From the NCBI RefSeq assembly GCF_052425735.1, contig NC_135759.1, forward strand, positions 25,730,001 through 25,794,000: a stretch of 64,000 nt of DNA, given 5' to 3'. Under the pieces are notes generated by a model that was not told the DNA's origin, made no database searches, and saw only the letters and a list, made by a program, of their open reading frames with translations. Origin of the DNA: Oculina patagonica (taxonomy: Eukaryota). Both the position numbers and the translations under genes were made by a program. Below are positions 26,246 to 38,076 of this stretch, piece after piece; the first letter of the stretch is position 1; each line of letters begins with the position of its first letter.

Positions 26246-28202
26246 TCATGGCGCGTCGGGCTGAGGGTCATCCATAAGGTCATAAGCTGCGCGTGCTCTG
26301 TGCGCAAGGATTCTTTTAGTAGCGAAAGCAATGGAGGCGGTTCCCACGATGGCGCCGGCCACACCACAGCCGATAGCCACGGCTAGACCAGAACTGGATG
26401 CCTTGCCTGTCGGAATCTGGGAAGATGAAATTGCTGTATTAGTTCCTATTCAGTAGAACATAGCTGTCACTTACAGCAGAAAATTACATAGTCTTCCTTA
26501 GCAAAAATTTAAAAGAAAAAAATACTTAAATTTCAAATTGAGTCACTGAATCAGATCGGCCTCAATTGATTAGTTCGAGGTGCAATGTAAGCAAAATCAA
26601 TCATCAACCCACCGTATAAGGAAAGCACGTGAAGGCCAAAAACCACCCATTTTTGAAAGCCAAAACATAATCATTGATTGTTATATTTTATTGCTTAAAC
26701 TGAGTTCCATACCTTGCTTCTAACTTGCTTTCCTGTTCCTAAATCATCTTCACTCTCTTGGCCTGCAATCAAGAAACACCAATCAATCACCCTGTAATGC
26801 TTACAGCCTTACAGTCCAAGTAACAAACGCCTCCTTTGGCAAACCTTCCAAGAGACTGGGCCCGAATCGTGTAGTCAGAACACGGTATATCACAGACCAT
26901 GCTGGGGGGGTGCGAGCACCTCAACTTATACCTTGTTAACTTTTGAGTTTGTGGATAAACTGCTATGAATAATTTATTGCTATGGCGATGTTTGTGGTTT
27001 CAATTTTCCTAAGTGAACATTTCAAAAAGGGTAATCTTCTATTTTGGCAGTCTTCAGAGCTCCCGGCGAATTTGAAACGTCTTAATACAAATGCTTTTGG
27101 TGTTATCAATATCTTTAACAGGCCGGTTGGAGCAGAAGAAATGTTTTCTTTTGTTTACCCCGTTCCAATGCAAAGCCTGTAAAGGCTTGTTAGCAATTAC
27201 AAATTTTGACTTAGTGTACTTTTTCACAACGCATTTTCGTTACACTTGAACACTATCACATAATTTACGTAACATACATGACTTGGCTTAGATCCTAGCT
27301 CTCCTCTGGGAAGATAGGGCCATGACGCAACATACATACCTGGTTCGTAATAACAGTAGTAAATCTTAAGATTGAAGGGGTCTTCACTGGGTCCATAAGG
27401 ATGAGACCCGCCCGCTGCATCAGTATTCCCCTGATCATCATCATCAAACTTGATAAACTCGCTTGTAACTTTGGTTCCCGCCACCTTCTGACACTGCGCT
27501 GAGTCGTACGTAAGCAGGTAGAAAGGCTTGAGAGCGGGAAGTTGAATTGGATTGTTAACGTTCCCTTTTGTACTGCAGCAGTAGTTTATTGTTGTGTGCG
27601 ATTTCTCGTAGTTTCCATCGGGTAAATCTCCGAAGTGTTTATCTTTATAGTCTATTTCTGACTGTTCATCGTCCCAGCGGATGAAACCTTCTTTAAGTCC
27701 ACTAGGACATACGCCTGAAGATATACAAAAAACTGTCAGTCAATAACAAAACACACGATCACACGTCTGTCTGTCTAACTGTTTGTTTAACTGTCTGTCT
27801 GTCTGTCTGTCTAACTGTCGGTCTAACTGTCTGCTAAACTGTCTGTCTGTCTGCCTGCCTGCCTGCCTGCTTGTCCGCCTGCTTGCCCGCCTGCCTGTCT
27901 GTTTGCCTGCCTGCCTGCCTGCCTGCCTGCTTGCTTGCCTGCCTGCTTGTCTGTCTGTCTGTCTGCATGCCTGCCTGCCTGCATGCCTGCCTGCCTGCCC
28001 GCCTTCCTGCCCGTCTGTCTGACACCATAATGAAAATTATTTCACAAGGTCGGTGTTTCTGGCTATCAGTCAATGCTCTCTGTCTGTTTAACTGTCTGTC
28101 TGTCTGTCTAACTGACTGTCTAACTGTCTGCTTAACTGTCTGTCTGCCTGCCTGCTTGCCTGCCTGCCTGTCTCTTTGCCTGCCTGCTTTCTTGCCTGCC
28201 TG

Positions 28203-28253
<51 letters not shown>

Positions 28254-29172
28254 GCCTGCCCGCCTGCCTGCCCGTCTGTCTGACACCATAATGAAAATTA
28301 TTTAACAAGTTCGGTGTTTCTGGCTATCAGTTGCTGCTCTCCGAATTGAACAATATTGGTCGTGGAGTTCTCGGTCTCTTACCTTTCTTGTAGAGGCAAT
28401 ATTTTCCTTCTGGCCAAATTTCGCTGCCAGAGTTGTCGTTGTTACCAACTTTCAAACAGAACTTCTGTTGAATGCCATGTGCTGAAAAGTTCCCCGGCAT
28501 GTGGAAAATATTTGACCGCTGGTTCTCATTATTGTCGTCCTCTGTATCGTGATACGTCCAACCTGACTTCCAGTCAGTGACTCCGTCTGTTGGACATCCT
28601 GTATCAGGCATGGGCAGACCATATGTACCACCCGGCCACTGGACTAAAACGAAATGAGCAGAAAAGTTTTACTTTTCTTTAAGAGCCCAAAATATAAAAT
28701 ACAAGCCCATGGTCTTTTTATCTAGGAGGGTCTATTCTCTAAATTAAAGGAATTTTGCGTATTGGATTGTTGGAGGAGGCTAGGGTTGTTACAGTTTGTT
28801 GATGGGAGGGGACATTTTCGAAATTCTACGGTATTCCGTCAAAAGATGGTTGTTTGAAACCCGTGTTCTGCTGTGTTTGTATTCGGTTTCGACTTTGAGT
28901 TCCAAACTCCGCTTTTTATGGTTAAAAACTTAATTTTGAGGTTTTGGTTTATTCGGCAGTATACTGCAACAGTCTCCCCGGAAAGGCTGCGATAAAATAC
29001 AACACAAGGCCTGGTCCGACCAGTTGAGAGACTTGGTAATATATGTAACTTCGTTTAGTAAACAAACCAGTTTCCTTATTCCATCTTAAAGGTAAGTCGT
29101 AGTACTGAACTCACCTTCAGCCTTCACAGCAGCCAGGTACAAGGCCAACAGCACAAGGCACAAGCACCTCAT
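26246..29172 (-). CDS. Apextrin C-terminal (ApeC) domain protein with C-terminal transmembrane anchor, 5 coding exons (29172-29115, 28643-28383, 27714-27340, 26762-26713, 26416-26246), about 304 aa
   Basis: Signal MRCLCLVLLALYLAAVKA; ApeC hallmarks WPGGTYGLPMPDTGCP, HDTED, FCLK, WPEGKYCLYKKG.CP, GFIRWDDE, GDLPDG, YCC, PFYLL..CQKV, IKFDDDD, YCYY; TM LAVAIGCGVAGAIVGTASIAFA. Confidence 0.88.
27765..28331. repeat. (CTGT/CCTG)n microsatellite duplicated as two roughly 260 bp units in an ApeC intron
   Basis: The unique tail CCCGTCTGTCTGACACCATAATGAAAATTATTT..GGCTATCAGT occurs at about 28010-28070 and about 28271-28331. Confidence 0.9.
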
Positions 29173-32100
29173 GACTTTCCGTGTTGTTTTCTCCTGTCAA
29201 TCACTTATCTGAATACAACATAACATGAGGATTATTCTGCACTAGTAAACCATTTCAATAAGGCTTGTTTTAGACCTACACTCTTTCCGTTAGGTTAAAA
29301 AAGGAACAGTTATTTCAGTGAGGTTTTTCAGGCTCAATTGCAGTTTTGACAATATGGTTTACACTACAGTGATTTTTGCAACAGCTCAAATGAAAATTGG
29401 TATCGGCATTCGTTTCACCCGGCCGTACACGTCTAAGCATGGGTATAATAGTCAACGGTTAACACACGAGTTTTATTGCACGTTATTCTTAGACCAGTAA
29501 ATTATTCTGTTTATATCAGTTAAGATATTCACAGAAACTACAGTATTATAATACACAATTAAAAATAACCATAAAGAGAATGCTATGTGAAACTCACCCG
29601 ATCCATTTTCTATTCAAAGACTGAAAGTTGTCTTTTTTGACAATTCGGGTAAATTTGAGAAGTTTTTGTTTGTCTATCCACTAGACCATTTTGAGTGTAC
29701 ACGAGCACGTGGAAAACACGATTTTGTAACTCGTCTATGAGGACCCAGCAGGCCAGTCTTGTAGACAAGATACGCTTAAATCGGAACTGTTCCTTGATTA
29801 AAATAATGGCAAATTTGTATTTGTGTTTTTCTGATCAACTTGGTCTCTCTGTGTTATTTAAAGTGATTGCCACCCGCCCATCAAAACAGAACTTTTACGG
29901 CCGAATTCTCCTGAAACGATTCTATCAAGTTAAGAACCAACGATACAACTGAAGAAGTAAAATGTTACATGGACCTGGTATCGAAATTTTGAACACTATT
30001 TGGCTTTGCAAAGCTTAAAATGTTGCTCTCAAGGCAATGTGTTCGATTACTGCATTTTTTCTTAAATGTGTAACTTTGATTTTTGGGTTTTACTTTCTAA
30101 CGTTTATCATAAAATATCGCAAAAATAGGCGTAATTCCCGGCTAAGGCCGGCTTAAAGCTACCAATTAAACAGTAATAGTAATTACTAAAACTCCAGCGA
30201 GTTTTTTAATGAAGATAAATAAGTATAATTGGATTTTAAAAACTTACCAAGGAAAATCACTTCCACCATATTGATCCCGGAGAGAAGAAACATGACGTCA
30301 TGGGATAAATTTATGTTGTTTGTACCGGTTTAACGCGCTGACTGTTCACGCTTGTTGCATCAGCCAATCATAGAGCAGAATAGGGTGGCAGAGTACCAGG
30401 TAAATCGCATCACTACATGCCTCGCGCGTGAGATAATGGCGGGAAACGTTTCCCGCTCTTTTGCAAGTCAAAAGTCAGGATGGGTGAGAAGATAAACGAT
30501 TAACGTTTTAATCAACAGAATGGCGGGCAGGTTTCTGAAAGACGAGAAGATCCTTATTTATTTCCCTAGACATTGTTTTCAGGGGGAAGTTTTCCACGAG
30601 GTTTAGTTCGTTATTACAAACGGCGGTTAATTAGTCGTGAAGAAATTGACAGTCATGTTTAAACACCGATAGAAGTGAACAATGAAAATAGCGATAAACA
30701 TAACAAAATTTGAAAACCAAATAGAAACCAAATAAAAATAGGAAGACTTCGTCACATTTTCAATTAGCTCTTTTGCACAAGGTAAAAGTAAAAATAATGT
30801 AAGCTCACTGTATCAGAGCATGTTTTGTTCTTGTATTTTGACATTTCTAAAGCAATGGATCTAAGGCGTTACTTCATTGAAACCAGCCATACAAAATATC
30901 TAGAGTCACAACAATGATCCTTATACATCAGGTATATTTATTTGGTTTGAAAATGTGAAAACTGCTCAATCTCGGGAAAGATAAGCAGTTTTTTAATGGA
31001 CTATTTTTCCTTGTTTTACACGGGTACCTGCACTCGTCAAGAAAGGGGGTAGGACGCGCGGCGTGTTATGGACTGGATCCGACTTTTGATGAGCTTGATC
31101 GATGGGCAGAAAGGAACGCAATGATAAAAAGAGCTTATCTACTGAATGCGTTGCTTATAGATTTGTCACCTCTCCAAATTTATGACTATGGGTAGTGTAA
31201 ATTAAAGGGGCATTTATATCCGCTTTTTTTGTAAACGCATTCGAATTAGTTTTGACGACAAGGTGCAGTCTGAAATATTCGCTTTGCGAATGAGGACACA
31301 CTGAACTTATTGTTGTACAACCCTGTCTGAGATCGAAATGGAACTTGAAAAGAAACATAATGTCACGGACGATAGGGCATCTTGGAAAATATGTTTTCAC
31401 GTTCGTTGTTCGTAATTTTACCATTCTTGTTCTTTTTGGTTTAGAGCAGTTTTCAGTCGGGTGTAGTAAAACCAAAACCAACGTAATTACTCTGGCCAAT
31501 CACAAAGGACCCAGACAATCCAGTGAACCAATCAAATCTCGAAGAAAATACATGAAGCTGGCACGGAGCGTAGGAAAACGTGCGTGAGCGAGTCATGATT
31601 TGTTTTGGTTTTACTTTTGATTGGTCGAGAAAGTGGCGCGAGAGTTTTAAACCAATAACTAAGCGTAATAATGCAAAACCAAACTGTATGCTTTTGCGAA
31701 GCCTGCGAATACAGCCGCCTCTCTTCGCTGTTTGGTTTCGCGAAAAGCCAGACCGGCCGGGAGCGAAGAGAGGCGGATGTATTCCCAGGGCCTAGCTTTT
31801 GCGAGCCCGAGGCATTATTTCAAGAACTTGCGTGTCAATTAAATCGAGGTGAAAAGCGAAAAGACAACGATTTAGAGATGAAATATCCCAGGATTTTAAT
31901 CAGTAATTGATCTGATCGTGCTTATGGTTTGACATCTGATAACTTATGGCACGAAAAGTTAACTAGTATACGTAACTTTAAAACGAGATATATGATATTG
32001 TACAACACTCACGGTTGAGGATTAAACTTATACGGAATGACACTCGCTGGTTTTCTCGCAAACTGTCGCATTCCTACGTTAACCGTCCATTACGACTACT

Positions 32101-32182
32101 CGAATTTTACGCAACACAAACAATTCAGTCTGATAGCAGGATACATACAGCAAAAGTAGTACTGTTTATAGTTTCTCCGTGT

Positions 32183-32923
32183 TCATATAGTCACACCAAA
32201 CTCATTACACACCCTGTTGAGCTCATCTTGGGCCCAGTGCTTTCGCTCTGTGATCTCATCCAATTCCTTCTCCAATGCATTACGCTTGTAACTTAGCGCC
32301 GCTATTTTCCTTTGCGCCAACTCCGCTTTAACCTCCGACTCTCTGTAGCTGTTTTTAAGATCTTGAATTCTCTCATTCAACGCCATTTCATCTTCTTCGC
32401 TCATTCCTTTTCGTGAATTCGACTGCAGCTCCTCAATGTTCTTGTTCACTTCTACCAATTTGGCGTTGAGCTGGCCCTCTAGCTGTCCCAAACGATCGCA
32501 GCGTTTTTCTGCGAGCTTTTTCTGCAGCTCAACTACTTTGATTCTTCGTTTTGCCTCATCCAACTTGGACTCGTTTAGGGTCACCGTTTCTTTAACAGTC
32601 TTCAGTTTTTCGTGTAATTCGTCCTGCTTGATGTTCATTTGATCTTCCTCCGTGGCCAGGCTTGTCATAGCTTCTGCATTCTTCCTCAAAGTCTCGTGCG
32701 TTGACCACAATTGTCCCTCGACGTCCTGCAAGCGAGAAGCTATTCGCTTCATCTCAACTTCAGCCATTGTAGCTTGACGTTTCAACGCAGCAGCCGTAGC
32801 TTCCGCGCTATCGATTCGAGTATTAACGTCATTTAAACTCTCCTTAAAAGTCTCACTTCTGGTTTCAGCTAGATCCAAGCGAGCTTTTAGTTCTGTGAAT
32901 TTTTGCCGCAATTTTTCAGCCAT
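32183..32923 (-). CDS. Intronless divergent tropomyosin-like coiled-coil protein, 246 aa from ATG 32923
   Basis: Continuous heptad coiled coil with no Pro. MAEKLRQKFTELK N-terminus, KLDEAKRRIKVVE..KLAEKR and RESEVKAELAQRKIAAL..LEKEL resemble tropomyosin. Length matches short-form tropomyosins. Confidence 0.8.
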   Translation of the reverse strand: MAEKLRQKFTELKARLDLAETRSETFKESLNDVNTRIDSAEATAAALKRQATMAEVEMKRIASRLQDVEGQLWSTHETLRKNAEAMTSLATEEDQMNIKQDELHEKLKTVKETVTLNESKLDEAKRRIKVVELQKKLAEKRCDRLGQLEGQLNAKLVEVNKNIEELQSNSRKGMSEEDEMALNERIQDLKNSYRESEVKAELAQRKIAALSYKRNALEKELDEITERKHWAQDELNRVCNEFGVTI

Positions 32924-34742
32924 GTTCGTCGATTTTGTTAAAACGGAGGCTTGAGACGAACTGCGCGCAGTGATGACGTCACAATCGGTATATACCGAAT
33001 TCTTCAAATTTTATGATAATTATGTAAGTTTTAATTGAGTAATTTGCAATTAGAGTTCGAAACCATTTGTGTTGTTTCGTAGGCCATGTTACTGTGATCA
33101 TTTTGAACATAAAATTAAAATATATGCATTCAAATTAAAATATGCGCATTCAAACAAAAAAAAAGCATTCAACACAAAACATTGTAGCTATCAGAATGCT
33201 TGGTAAAATTACCGCGCGCTATCTAACTAACTGGCGTTGTTACTTCGTAAAAAGACTTAAGATATTTTGGATTGACTGTCACGTGTGATTTCTGGAGTGG
33301 CGAATAAAAGTTCTTGAACTATAGTATAAACACATCGATGATGTTCTTAGCGTCTAGTAGCACTCGCTTGGTTGATTTCCAGGGCGCGCGCCTATTAGCT
33401 TTGCTGATTGGCCAGGATTTTCGTTGTTCATTGGGCAACACGTGTTTCATATGGGAAAGTTCTAACAACTAAGCGGGGAGGCGGCATGGGGGAAGTACTT
33501 GTCATGACATATGCCGAACGCTTTTTGTCGATCGGCTCATTTCCACTCTTCCTGACGCGTGGAACTGGCCCTGCCAGCGGGATCTGTACGATGTTATACG
33601 GTAAATGACAACAAGAATAATTTTTCGATAGTGTTTCCTTATTCCTGCTCAGGCTCGTTGATATGAACAGAGTCAGGAATTCTGGCTCAGTAGATTTCAG
33701 GCTTGATGATATGTATGGAGTTAATTCTTCTTCTTTTTAGTCTGTGACGTCAGAGCTTTTTTCTCCCATATTCAAAACAATGTCTGTCAGTAGACGCGGC
33801 GATGTCATCATGCATCACGTGGTATGATTTTCCGTACCACATGATCAGCTTTGATCACGTGCTACAGATAAACGCGCCTATTCAAGCTGTTGTATTTGTG
33901 TTTGACAAAAAACGCTAAAGAGGTTTTAATTATCGTAGTTGTGGTTATAGAGTTGGATGAATCGGGCTGATATCTGCCTTATTAAGGAGAACGATGCCGT
34001 ACTAAGCGTGCTGAATGCTAAACTCAGATATGGATGTTCTAAATTGTTCAAAAAATTGTGAAATGAATAAAAAAAGATATCAGTAGACCAGTGTCTGAGG
34101 GTTTTCCTCTCCTCCATTCAAATACATCTCATTAAATTTTCTGGATCTTTCTTTTAGCCTATTTGAGTGCATGTATTTTTTCATTCACTTTATTGCTGCC
34201 GGTAAAACGCCATTATACACAAGGCCATTAGGGTAATCTTCTTTATAAATATTAATCTTTAGGAGAAACGCTAATTAATAATTTGCTGAGTTTAATACTC
34301 GTCGTGAAAGCGCGTTTTCTTTTATCGTGATGGACAATTTCGTAGAGAAGCAAAAGTAATGTCAGCCTGCGCCCAGATGTCTCCTATTTCCTTTGTTGCA
34401 ACGCGCGATGAAAATAGAATACGCCTGTACGCCAGCTAAAGTAATGTAAGTCTAATGAACTTAGTAATTTACTTTTCTTTACATTAATAAGTCGTATTTT
34501 AAAATAGCATAATATAACGCCTATTTACTTCGATGACTATGGAACGAAGTTTTTTTTGCCAGAAGTATTTGCAAAAAAAAACGCGCGTTACGTCGGCAGT
34601 CTGCGTGTTGCCATCTAGATGTCTCATTTTCCGTCTTGTTTCGGAAATGTGAAGCGGAAGGAAATAAGAGATGTCTTTGAACGCGCAGGCGAACGTGACG
34701 TCAACTAAGCCAGAAAATCGCCTTTTTTAGACAATAATGAAA

Positions 34743-35091
34743 AAACGTAGAAAGAAAGATGTAAATAAATTACAGAAGGCTTTCGACACACGTCTCTGAA
34801 ATGAAAGAAAAATTACATGCCCCGAGCAGGATTCGAACCCGCGTCTCCCTGTTACTAGTCAGGCGTGATATCCACTACACCATCGGGTCAACCACGCTGG
34901 ATACGTGGCAACTTATAGGTGTGTATTGGATCGAACACGGTCAATCCACAGGGCATTTTTCTTTCGAGACATTTGTGTGTAGCATGGCTAAACCCCCAAC
35001 TTAATTGGGTTAGGCGACAGACAGAAATTTTATGAAGCCATGAAAGCCTTAGAAACGTAGAAAGAAAGATGTAAATAAATTACAGAAGGCT
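34743..35091 (-). mobile_element. tRNA-like element flanked by perfect 39-bp direct repeats
   Basis: Minus strand 34819-34889 has A box TGGTGTAGTGG and B box GGTTCGAATCC, with an imperfect anticodon arm. The repeats lie at 34743-34781 and 35053-35091. Confidence 0.7.
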
Positions 35092-35319
35092 CCTTATTTG
35101 TGCTTAAAGAGTTATTTGTTGAAATGAAAAAAAAAAAAATAAGGGATCACCAGATCTAAATAATTAGCTTCCAATTTCCGTACCCGGAATGAACTAGAGG
35201 ATATTAATGGTTGGGTGTTTTTTTTTTGTTGGTTTTTTTTTTTTTTTTTTAAAAAAAAATTTATATTGAAAATAAAATAAAAAAAAAACAAGTTTTGTTC
35301 ATAATTTAAAAGTTATGCT

Positions 35320-36195
35320 CGAATTGGGTAACTTACTTCGGGTTTTCCTTGACTTAGGTTTTTTAAACTGCGTTACAACAATGCACGCTGAACTAAAGTG
35401 CTCGGTACTGTTTGTTTTACCTTTATTGCTGAAAAGGCACTCCATATGCATCGTTAAAACTTGTAGCTCGAAGTTAGCGTGAACCAAGCTGAAAAGGGTT
35501 GGCAATTATAATAATTATCATAATTATGACAGTGTATACTAATTATGACATCTGTCAAGTGAAGGTTGAATGAACACCTCCGCTAGGCAGCTGAAAAAGT
35601 TCGAGGGACTTTGACATCGTGAAGTGGTATTGAGGCACTAAGCAACCTGTAAACAATTTTAGGTTCACTAATGTTTGAGTACAAAATAATTTTTTAGGCT
35701 TATTTACCTAAAGTATTTTTTCGTATTTCAGTGGAGGTATAACGCCATATGAAAGAACAAACAAGTTAAAAATGCCGAGGGAAATTTTTCGGGTTTTTCT
35801 TGACGTAAGATTTGGGATTATTTGAACGCACCTGGACTAATGATCGGTATTTTTACACGTTTAGTGCGTAAAAGACCCTCCATAGTTAGAACTTGTAGCT
35901 CGATGTAAGCGTGATCCAAGCTGAAAAGGGTGGGCAATTATAAAAATTATCATAATTATGATAGCTCATACTAATTATGACATCTGACAAGTTAAGGTTT
36001 TGAAATGAACACCTCCGCTAGACAGCTGAAAAAGTTCGAGAGACGTTTGACATCGTGAAGTGCGTATTGAGGCACTAAGCAACCTGTAAACATATTTTAG
36101 GTGCACTAATGTTTGAGTACAAAATAAATTTCGTAGGCTAATTTAGCTAAGGTTGTTTTCCTATGTACTTTTTTTGCGAGGTATGTCGCCATATT
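35320..36195. repeat. Tandem duplication of about 440 bp
   Basis: ACTTGTAGCTCGA..GAACACCTCCGCTAG..GAGGCACTAAGCAACCTGTAAACA occurs twice (about 35459 and about 35891). Confidence 0.85.
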
Positions 36196-38076
36196 ATTTT
36201 TTTTCAAAGTAATTAAGTTGACTGCGGACAACTTATTGACTTCACTTCTGGTAAATTAAAGTTATGACGCCATGCTTGTTAAAAAAAACATTTAATTTAC
36301 ACCATGCAGTGTTGGGTTAATATTTTTAGCCCAACTGTTTTAAAATACTTACGTTTATAAAACAATGCAGGAGGCAAATAATTGAAGATAGATCTTTTTG
36401 TTAGTGGGTGATACGAAAACAACCGCAGAGTTCGGGTGGGCTCGATTGCATGCTATTTTCATCTCAACAAGGCGCTTTGAAAGCATTTTAGAGCACAGCG
36501 TGCAAGTGAAGGGAAAAATAAAATACCGCAAAAAGCCACTTAAAGTTATTTAAAAAAATAGGATCACTGGAATGTATGAAATATTGTCTCAAATGTAAAT
36601 ATATAAACCATGAGTAAGAACTATTTTAGAATAGCCAACCGCAAGTTAAGCGTCATTCAGTTTTGCCATTTTTATGGCGGGGAAAACTGGTTATGATCAT
36701 AAAAACGTCAATGACAAAATATTTTTGGTTTTAGAGACTATACGTTTTACTTTATGGTGGACCCATTAAATTGATCTTTAACCTCACTACCACAATTTAA
36801 TTGTTAAACTGACCATTAACATTAAACATTTGCCAGCAAATTTTATGAACGACAATTTATGCATTTTATGAAGAAAAACTATCTGATCTTTTTACATGTG
36901 AACTAAACATTTCAAAAGAAGTGGTCTTATTTTACTTTACAATGACGCCATTCAATGAAATTAGATTGATAGTAAACCCCACGCACATTATACAGAGAGA
37001 CTGTTATTCCTTTATTGTCTTTATTTATTACAACTGATAAATTTAGTGGTTTTTGTTTAAATTGATGTAAGAAAAACTGTAAAGACATATCTCTATTACA
37101 GTTTCTCGAACGTACTGTAGGGTAAACCATGTATTAAATAATTCGTTTTTGTCATGTTGTTAGCCCAAATATTTCCTTGCTAAATTGCTAATGATTTAAA
37201 ATCTTTTTGTTGCGGCGACTTATTTTCTCCCACGTGTCAAAAACAGGTGTATGCATGCGATTACGGCGTGTTATCTCGGCACGCGTGGACAATACGTTCT
37301 GTTATCAGATACAGCTGAACAATAAAGGTTGCCACTTATGAGACTCGGTCGTTTCTTTATGGTGATCACTAATATCATACGGTGTAAAACGCTGAAGTCA
37401 TTTTATTTCAGTCATTAATCCCTGTCACTGAAGGTGCGGCTGGAGCGAATTACTATCCGAAGAAGCGACAATGTAAGTTGAACAATTAGTTTGTTTTGCT
37501 TTCACAAAGTTGATATCATAACTAAGAATTATATATATTTCTAGGGATTTCAATTTGAGAGGTAAGCCAGCAGAGAATTGCTTTCTTATCATGTCTTTTT
37601 GTACTTTTTTGAAATTTTGGCTGGGGATTAAAAAAAATTACTATTCAGCATGAAGAGAGACAGGTTTCCCTGTGTCTAAGTGATAAAGGAAGCTTTACAG
37701 TTAATTGTTGCAATTTCCATAGCATTTTAGTCTGGCTTCTCGAATTAGTTTACCAATTTATCTTGGGTTTGTTTTCTGATGGCTATAACTGATTTTAACC
37801 CTAGTGCATCCCCAAACGGTTCAGTTTGCGCAAATTTCAAAAAAGCTCTTTTTAACAAAAAGAAAAACTATAGGACTAATCAAAACAAAACAGTTTCCAA
37901 TCAAACAATTGGGCGAGTGCTCACCAGACGCCAGCATGACGTCATAACGATACGTCTGTTGCTTAGCAACATGCAGTTGTTTCAATGGAGCTCGCTCCAG
38001 GTCACGCTCTTTCTCGCGCATTTCCTAAATCCAGAACCATATACAACCTCGTCCCAAGACTAATTCCACTTTCAAG

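Noticed and set aside
27783-28305. ORFs rich in CLPA/CLSV or RQAG/RQTD
   Set aside because: Translations of a tetranucleotide microsatellite inside an intron.
32924-33007. N-terminal extension of the tropomyosin-like ORF
   Set aside because: It starts at a non-ATG codon. ATG 32923 in AACATGG context gives the expected length.
34819-34889. Functional tRNA gene
   Set aside because: The acceptor stem has a mismatch and the anticodon arm cannot form a 5-bp stem with a 7-nt loop. Treated as tRNA-derived.
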